Shown piece by piece: positions 51,801 through 61,387 of a DNA stretch of 61,387 nt. The DNA comes from Phoronis australis (Eukaryota; Animalia; Phoronida). Below the pieces are notes generated by a model. The model made no database searches, was not told where the DNA came from, and saw nothing but the letters and a program-made list of their open reading frames with translations. The stretch covers positions 323,624 to 385,010 of the forward strand of contig NMRA01000438.1 in NCBI GenBank assembly GCA_002633005.1, read 5' to 3'. Positions within the stretch are counted from its first letter, which is position 1. Every line of letters begins with the position of its first letter. Both the position numbers and the translations under genes were made by a program.

Positions 51801-53317
51801 ATCACATGTGGCCTGAGAAAAATAGTTGAGCACCTTCCTTAATATGAATGACAGGATTTTTCAAACAAATACTTGACTCAAAACAGCATCTAAGGACAAA
51901 TTCTGTTTAAGCCGCCTGAAAAGGCTACAATTGTCAAAAGAAGCCTTGTTGTGAACCCAACTGTTGATTCAATCACAAAAAGAGTCCAGGACTGTGGAAG
52001 GGGCAACCGCTGGTGACGGTGAAACTAATATGCTCATAGATTCAGCATTGCAACTGAGTAGAATGGAGTCCGGTCTTGTAGAAAATCTCGGGCCGCCAGG
52101 TTGAGCTAGCCTGGAATTATTTGACAAAAGTATCGAGTAAACGTAGATTTCGTGTTTTAAATCTGAGGAATGACTTAAATCCAACGCCTTCTGAGTGGCC
52201 GTGTTAGTTTTGCTTTGAAGTGTAAAGATTTTACGAATGGAACCTGCTTACCTGCTTGTGTTTTATTCACTACATTTTTTTTTGTTTTCATGAACGCCAA
52301 GACCGAAGTCCGCCCCTGTCCAATAATTTTCACACAGCTATAACTGACTATAGCTTATCTTAATTTAAAAATATCGCCTGTTTCCGATTCGCGTGTTTTG
52401 CGACAGTGAGTTTCTTGTACATCAGTGAGAACTGCATTCCCGAGGGGGTTTGAGTCAAATGTTAAGCTGTTCGCCTATACATGTAGATGTAAAAAGCTGA
52501 CGAATAATTATGTTTGTGTAAATCACAAACATTACTTTGACTGTGGTCAGCATGTGTATGTCTTTGTGGCCAATTTGCCCGCAAGGAGCCATAAGAGGGG
52601 AGGGGGCCCAAAATGTTGCCTAGAAGAATTGGTCAAAGCGCGATTGTATGCACAGGCTGCCCGAAAGTTCCGGGGCCTAGCGATGTGAACCTGGTGTTCC
52701 CAATTTCTATCCGAGGACTTAAAAAACCACGACCGGGATTCCGCCGCAGTCTGGCCCCCCGGCTGCCGTTCCAAGTTGGTGCACTCGATACTTCTTCACG
52801 TTGTTGCTGTTTAATTTTGCTTACACCAGCCAAGGGGGGGGGCTTGGGCTCCCCCCTAAATCCGCCTATGGTACAAATCTCTCTGGATGGAGCATAAAAA
52901 CGAATTCTGAAAACTCAACAACAATATTGTTCAGTAAGCTTAACTGTGCACCACATCTGGGCGCGAAATAACGTCTTTCATTGATAAAGGCGACGGTCTT
53001 TGTGGCGATCTAGTAAACCCAGAGACATTTGTATTTCGACAATGGAGAAATATACAAAATATATGACTTTGGCAAAACCTTACAACTGTGGTGGTTTAGT
53101 TCTTCCAGTTCCTCCAGTACCTACCGTGTGTTTACAACGCCATGTGATTAACAAATTGAACGTTTCCTGTCACCAAATACAATTACCATCAGTGTCATCA
53201 AACGGGCAATTCTGTTAACGATACGAGAAACCACCTACCTGTCAACTTTTCACAGGAGACAACCATAAGGAAAAGAGCAACAAGTAAAAACACACAAAGC
53301 AGATGTTCCATGGCCAT
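45219..53317 (-). CDS. Gene C: MAM-domain single-pass membrane protein with ITIM, ~367 aa; exons 53317-53239, 50642-50499, 48538-48395, 46562-46414, 45806-45219
   Basis: Canonical splice sites with phases 1,1,1,0; 1104 nt with no stop. Order: signal [22 protein letters not shown], complete MAM, Thr stalk, [27 protein letters not shown], tail ending VTYMSIP. Confidence 0.88.
46414..46562 (-). CDS. Gene C MAM exon 3
   Basis: tgtag|AT TCC...[49 protein letters not shown]|gtagat. Confidence 0.9.
47664..47847. mobile_element. MITE CAGAGGC(A/G)GATCTAC with direct flanks ATAGA
   Basis: TIR cagaggcagatctac / gtagatccgcctctg; ATAGA on both sides. Confidence 0.7.
47853..48228. mobile_element. Foldback element with ~20-bp subrepeats
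   Basis: Left arm tacgcacgaaccacctacaaacctatga is the reverse complement of right arm tcataggtttgcaggtggctcgtgcgta. Confidence 0.75.
48395..48538 (-). CDS. Gene C MAM exon 2
   Basis: tttag|GT CAT...[48 protein letters not shown]|gtaagt. Confidence 0.9.
48884..50022. mobile_element. Nested GGCGGAT-type (hAT-like) MITEs in a gene C intron
   Basis: Left ends cagaggcggatccagg (48884) and taggcggatttagggggg (48979); right ends gatccgccactg (~49957) and cccctggatccgcgtatg (~50022). Confidence 0.6.
50499..50642 (-). CDS. Gene C MAM exon 1
   Basis: ctgcag|TT ACG...[45 protein letters not shown]|gtattg. Confidence 0.92.
53239..53317 (-). CDS. Gene C signal-peptide exon
   Basis: [27 protein letters not shown]|gtaggt, phase 1. 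Confidence 0.8.
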
Positions 53318-54339
53318 TTTTCTTGAAATACCGTTTGACGGCCGAAGAATCAGCTACTAACAAGTGGTTATAACCGTGCCAACATATGAAATGTTCGAAC
53401 GAGAATGAGGACTTTTCTAGTGACCCTTGGTTAGAATTGGTGACCTGCCATGTTCCCTTTCCCGTCGTGTGTCAGCGGTCGGTCCAGGAAGGCATGTGAG
53501 GAACATTGTCTGCATCGACATTTCCGGTTTATCAACACATGCTATACTGAATCTATATCACTTAACACAAATTGTTCCTACGTATAGGACCATAAGTTCA
53601 ACAAATCTGAAAATTCAAACTCAGCTAATATTTTATAAAATCTTAGGGAGTTAGCGTTATTTGAATTCTCGTGGAAAACTGGGACACTTTCTCGCCCTAT
53701 TTTAGAATTCACTGCGTTATTAGGTGGCTCATTCTCCACAGATGCATATTATTGTATTCCAGACTAAAAGATATTTTTCGGGTGCTTCACGAGAACTTTA
53801 AGGCGAGTATTTCGCGACTATACTTGCATGCAGCTAGCAAAATGGTGGTCTAAAGTAAATGGGTCGGGGAGAATGATTGAAGTAGGGCATAAACTTATTT
53901 GTTTTCGGTCCATAAGAAATGATTTCTCGCTGCAGGTATGCACGAACCGCTCCCTTGTGTGTTTGCAATGGTGTGGACCTAATATTGAAGTGGTTTAAAG
54001 CGAACACGTGGAGCTTCAATGCCACAGCCAACGAAACAGGAGACTCCTCGCTCCATCCCATGTCAATCTCCTGGACCGCTTACGTCTGATGACTCAACAG
54101 GACGAATTCATGCGTCGTTCCAAGTCCACTTGACTGCAGTGATTTGGCACTCAAGTTGGCCGTCACAACCCCTCGCACTCGCAAGTGATTTCTTTACGGC
54201 AGGTCGATGTTGATCGTAAACAAAGGTCACGCAAAGTTAATTAAAAGTTTTAGCATCTGTTCCTATTGCAAACAATTTTGTTTGTGGGCGGGCTACTACA
54301 CCAGGCTCTCACTGAACAGAATGAAGAACAGGCGAAATT

Positions 54340-54535
54340 ACCGTCTTCATCATCGTCGTCTTCATTACTATTAATAAAATCTTGATGGGCCCCATTGTCA
54401 TCGTCCTTATTACATTAATCGTCATCGTCACCACCAACACCACTGCCAACACCACCGTCAACTTCGTCATAAACACCATCATCGATCGTCGTCATCGCCA
54501 TATTACCACCACCACCATCATCATCACTATCAACC
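54340..54535. repeat. Degenerate trinucleotide microsatellite (CAT/CAC/CGT)n
   Basis: catcatcgtcgtc, caccaccaacaccac and caccaccatcatcatcac runs. Confidence 0.8.
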
Positions 54536-54539
54536 TTTC

Positions 54540-54970
54540 AAACCAGCTGAAAACCTGTAAGGCTCTTACCATCGAGACCAAGAACTGCATTACCTTTCCG
54601 TGTACATGTCTTTACCACGTAACAAGAATTATTGCAGTGCTGCAATTAAGGAGCAATGTATCCCCCAAACAAAATTTATGAAGTTCTTTTAAGATGAGTG
54701 GAAGGTCCAAGGTGTCTTCGTTGTTTGATGCAAGACAACGTGCCTTGCCACTGTCAGGGTGTAGCAATAAACCGTGCCATGTTTCTCTTTTACTCGCACA
54801 GTCCCAACGCAAAAAACAGGAGCATCTTCGCGTACAATTTGACACTCAGGCGGAACTGAGAGGTCAACAGGCTTCCCGTGAATCAGACACCTGACTAGGA
54901 TGTCCACTTTGTGCTGGGACGGTTTTTTAAAATCACTTGCCATCTGTGGTCGTACATGCACTTGTGTCAG
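54540..54970 (-). pseudogene. Frameshifted duplicate of the 55220-55646 ORF
   Basis: Colinear ~430 bp; the reading frame switches near 54760. Confidence 0.6.
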
Positions 54971-55210
54971 TTTTTTTTTTTTTTCACTGTGATATATATT
55001 TATTGAAGGATACACAGAACATACAAAGAAATAATAACAAACCCAGAAACCGCGAAGCATTATATCTGGGTTGTAAACAATTCATAAATGAAACTTATAT
55101 ACATAGAGATATATACAATTAAGTAGTATCTAAAATAAGTATTCCAATACTTAGACATGCTATTACAGATATATAAAAACAAAAATATTTACAGATTCAT
55201 GTAGGGAAAN

Positions 55211-55619
55211 ATCCGCGCCAAACCAGCTGCAAACCTGTAAGGCTCTTATCATCGAGACCAAGAACTGCATTACCTTTCCGTGTAAATGTCTTTACCACGT
55301 AACAAGAATTATTGCATGCTGCAAGGAACAATGTATCCCCCAAACAAAATTTATAAAGTCCTTTTAAGATGAGTGGAAAGTCCAAGATGTCTTCGTTGTT
55401 TGATGCAAGACAACGTGCATTGCCACTGTCAGTGGTGTACCAATAAATCGTGCCATAATTCCTTTTTAATCGCACAGTCCCAACGCAAAAAACAGGAGCA
55501 CATTGGCGTACAATTTGACACTCAGGCGGAACTGAGAGGTCAACAGGCTTCCCGTGAATCAGACACCTGACTAGGATGTCCACTTTGTGCTGGAATGGTT
55601 TTTTAAAATCACTTGCCAT
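55211..55619 (-). CDS. Uncharacterised ORF (CABIT-like motif), open until the N at 55210
   Basis: MASDFKKPFQHKVDILVRCLIHGKPVDLSVP...ARCLASNNEDILDFPLILKGLYKFCLGDTLFL...; >130 codons of protein-like composition. Confidence 0.4.
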
Positions 55620-56629
55620 GTGTGGTCGTACATGTACTTGTGTCAGTGTGCGACAGAAATCACGTACGTGGAGCAGGGATACTAAAAGCGTGTTTTTAAT
55701 AACATCCTTGAGAGGGAGCTGTATGAACGCATTCGTTTTAATTAATTGCAATTTTGTCCATACTCTGTGTGCGTAATTGCCAACGTAAATTGATTATTAC
55801 GCAAGTCAATTAGAGCTTTTTCCGAACATTGTTTGCGTACGGAAATTACAAACGCAGGAAACCCGCCACGGAGTATGCAAACGTCCGTCCGATGATCATT
55901 TACCGATCGAGAGATGTTGTGAGTGTACTTTTATCAAACGCTACACATGCAACAACTATAGGCATACGACAATGTATGTAATCATCTAATGGAATTTTTC
56001 AGTGCGTTTTACTTAAGGTGGTCTCAAGCTATATGTTTTAGGAGCGCATATCTGTCCAATGGCCAGGCTCGCTTCCTCTTGAAGTAAAGTACTCGTGGAG
56101 ATCGTTTTGATGGTCGTTTTGATTTTTGTCCGAGATCGGATTCATTCCATTTCAGAATTGAAAAAATCTGCCGTGGTATAGATCAGTTACAAAAACAACT
56201 GTGTCCAAAGAAATATCGTAGGCAAAATACCTTTTGATTTGGTCGTTTTGATGGTAGTTGATATTTTTAAGGTTTGCCAGCGATTGTTTTTAACAGTATT
56301 CATTTATTCAACTTTCATTGTCGGTAGCAGCCTTCTCGTTAGTTAAACAAGTTCATTGCCCACTACCACCGATGACTGAACAATCGCCAGAATTTTGAGT
56401 GGCGGCTTAAGTGACCAATCAGAACGCAGCCTTCTTGACACACCTTCGTTTCCAAGTAGCCATTTTACCCGACGGACAACACGTCGTCGGGTAAAACTTA
56501 TTGTTTTTTTTTTGTCAACTTTTTGTAAGGCGGCGGAGCTTGCGATAGGTCAATTAAACACCAACGGGCATATTGTTGAATAGCTTCTAGTTATAGCTAC
56601 GTGGGACTAATGTAGGAAACGTGACTGTT

Positions 56630-56843
56630 TTTGACTTGGACATTTGCTGACACTGCTGATTTATGGAAACTCTGCAAACCATCGGAAATTACAATTGTGT
56701 TTCTAAGACTATACTTTATGAGAAATAAGTCGATCTATTACTTGACGAAAGATTGTTTTGTACTCTCTTCAAAGTCTTTGCTGGCGTCAATCGTGTTTTT
56801 GCTTATTGACTCCAATATTCGTTTTGTTGCTTGTTGTGCCCTA
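56630..56843. repeat. ~215-bp duplicated segment (second copy 59305-59520)
   Basis: gacttggac/gacttggg...caaaccatcggaaattacaatt...tgcttgttgtgcccta in both copies. Confidence 0.85.
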
Positions 56844-57304
56844 AAAACTGACCTTGGGCGGATACAACGAATCTGGAACAGTTCCATTATCTCAGACTAG
56901 CGATCAAGCGCAGGGTACCACTGCATTCCTAGTTCACAAAGGGTGTGCTTTTGCTGTGACTTAAATGTTGTTAAAGACAAAATTCGTTTTTATTGATGGT
57001 AAAGATTTTCGTTCAAAGCACTTACCTCATCAGAAATGTAGTCAAGGTACTTTTGCAAATATAATGACAACAAACAGCATAAGATAACTAAGAGGCAAAT
57101 TTTAATCAAAATCTGAAGATAGACCCGAATCTATTGCCAAAGTGTAAAATGTGTACACACATATACACAATTGCTTAATACAATAACACAGTGTGTATGT
57201 TTTATAATATGGGCCAGTGGCATTGTTACCTGAAATAAGTTGATTGGTTATAATCTAAATCATTCTATATATTAAGCGACATCATCGGAAAAAGATGATT
57301 TTCT

Positions 57305-57380
57305 GGGAAGAGCCCAGCAAGAATTCAATTCCAGGAACGTTCCAGGCTGCATCCAAACGCGCTCTGCTGGCTGAGCTAAA
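57305..57380 (-). mobile_element. tRNA-derived SINE head (degenerate)
   Basis: Minus strand reads tagctcagccagcagagcg...ggaattgaattc (A- and B-box-like). Confidence 0.35.
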
Positions 57381-59719
57381 GTCTCACTAGACAAAGGACA
57401 GATTAATTTAAAGGAATGCAACTGGTAGGGTCACGGGCCTTGATTTCGGCGAATATCTGGCAGACAAAGACGATAACTGGGGATTTGTAATAATATCACA
57501 AAAACGCAGCTTATTCTTTTATAGCTCTGATTAAAGTTAACATTATAAAGAAGTATATCGCATTCAAGAGTAAACCCAAGTATGCGTGCTTCGGCCGCAC
57601 ACACCATGACGTCCCTATCACTTTATTGAAAATAATTATTACTTTTGTATAAAATAAATTCTGAAACGACAGCTTACCAAATATTTGCAATTCGTCGAAA
57701 TCTTATTTATCTTGATATAATATCACTCGTTTGATGATACAGCTGTATGAAAATTATTTTAATGGTTGTTTACAAATAAAAATATAGTCCTTGATATAAC
57801 TGTAAATTTATTTGTAAATATCGGCCTCTGAAAATTGACTGTCACGTGGTAAGAAGTTCGGAGATAAATATAGATAATTAGATGGCGAAGTCGTTATCCC
57901 CCGTTATGGTGACTGCTCTACAATTTCACACAAAATTAAATAATTACTATTTTCAGAAGGCAAGGGTGTATACAATAAGTATAGTATAAAACTAAAACTG
58001 CATTTTTATTTTTCATTCGTAGCCATAACAATTCTTTAAACGCATCACTTGTCTGCAAAACATGCAAGTTAGCTGAGACAACTTCAAACCTTTGTTATCC
58101 ATTTTCAAGCCTTTTTGTTTTTGATACTTTCAGCAATTTTAAACTCCGATTACAGATTCATGGGTCTGTCAAGCATACTTCTAGTCTAAAGCTGAGGGAA
58201 CTTTTTTTCTAATAGAAGATATGAAGACATGGGTCATTTAAAAATGATGGATAATGTTTTTGTTATTTAAGTATCAGTCCACGGATCCACCGACCACCGT
58301 ACAGCCAACAAGCGGCAAGGTGGGGGGTCAACGATTCAGATTCACGTTTAGTCTGATAAATCACATTAGGGATGAGAGAAAATGGGTGAAGTATGACACC
58401 ACAAAGTTTGGTGGTTTAGGAGATACAAGGGAAGTGTTCTGGGGGGCAAAATGAGGCAATTTCTTGGTTAGGAATGAGTCATTTTTGACCAAATTTTCTA
58501 CTCCAGTTTCTGCTTCAAACAGAATCGTTTCTGAACAATTTTGATATCNACTGTTTTCGTTCCATAAGCGAAGGTTTTTCGCCCCGAGTGCAAGCTAATG
58601 TGTTACGGTCTATGGAACTCACCCGTGATTTCATGGTGTTAGCACGCGCAACGCCATTCCGGTCACATAGGGGCGCTGTTGATAAACGAACGAACGTAAC
58701 CGTGTGAACATTGTATTTAAAGGCACGAGATTGTAGCTTACATTGAAAAAAATGGGACCTGTCAAGAGGAGTATTGTAAATGAGCTAACGTTATAAACCA
58801 AAGTCGTAGTCCGGTCTTAGCTACGGCGGTTGTAAGCCTAACATCCATTCCATTTTGGAAATATTCCATTAACGGTGGGCCATGAAGATTGCGGAAACAT
58901 ATCAATATAAAGGTATTTAATTAACTGTTAACAACGCAAGATGGTGTTCTCAATATGTGCTTGCGACCGTCTTACATGTTGTAAGAAAGGGCAGGGGTCG
59001 TGTTTATTTCACGGATGACTTGGTTCTGACTCAATAAATAAAAACGTAAATAAAAAAATGCTTTTTATATTCATGCAAACATAGTGTACATACATGTAAT
59101 GACTGTCAGTGTACACGATTCACTTCTTAATACATATAAAACGTGTCATCAATCCGCTGAAAACACGTTTCTTATTGGGCAAGTATGGTTTACTTACAAG
59201 AAAGCATGGAGTTGGCAACGGTCAGACGCTTCTACTCTTTACTCTAATAGGTAGGGTCTTTTTCGCTGACAGTAGGGAGTTTGAGGCCTTGATCACTGTA
59301 GAAGTTGAGACTTGGGACAATCGCTGACACTGTTGATTTCTGGAAGCTCTTCAAACCATCGGAAATTACAATTATGTCTCTAAGACTATACTTTATGAGA
59401 AATAAGTCGATTTATTTCTTGACGAAAGATTATTTTGTAATCTCTTCAAAGTACTTGCTGGAGCCAATCGTGTTTTTTCTTATTGACTTCAGTATTCGTT
59501 TTGATGCTTGTTGTGCCCTAATGTAGACAACTTCTTTGACATTTCTTGAGTACATGTGTTCCTCTCTGACAAGGAGTTAGGCTTTGGTAGTATGTTCACT
59601 CCATAATGTATTTTCATAGACACTATCGAGTCTCTCTAATTTAGTGTTCCTCGATCCTCATAGCTAGGGTACGGTTTTTGGAGTGTTCTTTTCATGTTAA
59701 CTAGTATACAGTGTATAAA

Positions 59720-61387
59720 ACAGGATTTCTTGTCATTAGAGGTTGGATCCTTGAGGTGAACAAACTTTTCCTGGATATTGTTCATAGGTTTGAAGCAGTT
59801 TGACCTGAAGTTGGTCAGAAAGGTTCTTCATGTAAAGGATGGCGGTAGATAACTTTGGAACTAATACCTCTGTGTGTCCTGACCGCGTTCTCGCTTGATT
59901 TGTCGAAGGAATTTGCTCCCACAAATCAGGCGACAACGTGATTTGGACTAAGACTGGTGGAGTCCAAACAGCCATCTCCATCCATCCCTGTATCAACTTG
60001 AACAGAGATCAGGACCTCCAACTCCCAGCTTCGACGCAGGTCAACCTATCGCAGCAACATACAATCAATGAACAAATGCCTTAGATTGAGGGTTGAAACG
60101 TCTGACCGTTCTTGTAAGTAAACTTACCTTGCTCAAGACTGTCGGAAAGCAATGAAAAACATGTTTTATTGCATATTATTACTTTATCAGTTTTATCTGG
60201 TTTACCTAAAATGAACTAAAGTTCAGGTAACATTGCGCGTGCCGTGGGATTTGCTTCTGTCGATCGTCAATGTTGAGTGGTGAGATGAAACGATCCAATG
60301 ACAAGACCTGTACAGGTATCGGAACACAAGAAGTCCGAGCGATAGCGTTCCAGGTCATTTCAGTAGGTTTAGAAGTCGATCCGCACTGTTAGNAGGTCAT
60401 TTCAGTAGGTTTAGAAGTCGATCCGCACTGTTAGTGGATATCGATTTCTCTCCGGCCACTATACATGTAGATATGAACTTTGGGGCAGTGATTGTCAAGC
60501 CCGTCCATTGAGAGGTTTCACCACACAGAACAACGAATTGTTGAAATTTAGATTATTTGATGAAGCATGTTTACGAGTCCTCTTTCAGATGCTACGTTCC
60601 ATGTTTGGATTACTTGATAACCTTTCCATACGTTGCAGTTGCATGCAAGTTGCAGAAATTCTAGCCTGGTTTTGAGACTATTTTCGTGTATAACACATTG
60701 TGCTGGTTTTACTTGAATAAAAGTTGCCTGCAACAGTTATTCAAGGTTGGTACTTTTAGCTTAGATTCGGTATCGATATAACTTGAATTACACAGGTAAG
60801 AGATTAATTCAAAGCGGGGTTTGAGTATACTACGGACTAGAAGTCCACCTTGAATACTGGGAAATATAACTATGGCAAAATGGATATACATGTACATGTA
60901 GCGCTGATGACTAATTATTCCAACTTCATGTTTTCATATAAAGAGAAAGCGAACAAATCTGTCCTCTTAATTAGGTTACATTACAAACAATTAACATTGC
61001 ATCCAGGTTTTGCGACACCACAGTCTCACCCGTCAAATAACGGTGACGAAAATTCAATCTCAATATATACATGAACACAACCTATAGTCGCAATAATAAC
61101 ATAAAATCGTGAAGTAATCAAACTCACTTCTTGGTTCGCTGGAAACAAAGCGCACAAAAACAGTTTTCATGACAAGCTTACGAAGGCAAACTTCAGAGGA
61201 ATGAGCATTTCATATGAAACAGTTTAAAAGGTAGACAATCATCCTCCCTGACGAACCGCACACAACGCATCACTACTAGCAATCGTTTCATTGGAACAAA
61301 GTGATCTTCTCACACATGGTATCTCTTATCTTACTCACCGAGAAATGTTTGTGTCGCGAGGAAGAAAGGTAGGTTTTTCGAATACAG
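59720..61387. repeat. Segmental duplication copy 2 (gene C 3' flank homolog), running off the window end
   Basis: Matches 39885-40720 joined to 44350-45140. Confidence 0.92.

Noticed and set aside
57582-57604. Similarity to the U6 snRNA 5' end (tgcttcggccgcaca)
   Set aside because: Only ~20 nt with mismatches; no ACAGAGA box follows.
60353-60435. Exact ~40-bp tandem duplication
   Set aside because: Straddles the N at 60393 and is absent from the paralogous block, so it is a contig overlap artefact.

Overview
AT-rich, intron- and repeat-rich animal genomic DNA, probably a marine invertebrate (inferred from MAM/ShKT content and TE types). There are six single-N scaffold joins (4199, 29101, 38395, 55210, 58549, 60393). 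Most short ORFs in the track are noise. Manual splicing reveals a cluster of three paralogous type-I membrane proteins: signal peptide, one MAM domain, Thr-rich stalk, TM helix, short tail, with shared intron phases (1,1,1,0). Gene A (+, 846-5045) has a Tyr-less tail, a degenerate MAM and an uncertain first exon. Gene B (-, 33655-8171) has a TDPPTTV mucin repeat, an ITIM-like tail and a symmetric phase 1-1 ShKT exon inserted inside the MAM domain. Gene C (-, 53317-45219) has a canonical ITIM, VTYMSI. A duplicated TM-tail exon with an intramembrane Arg follows gene A. A segmental duplication predicts a fourth paralog just beyond the window end. Together these resemble a paired inhibitory/non-inhibitory MAM receptor cluster, which is an inference. 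Other contents: a 4.85-kb 40-bp satellite, an ~800-bp repeat family, a P-type MITE with an 8-bp TSD, a THAP pseudogene, a Sola-like transposon, a Penelope remnant and a duplicated CABIT-like ORF.
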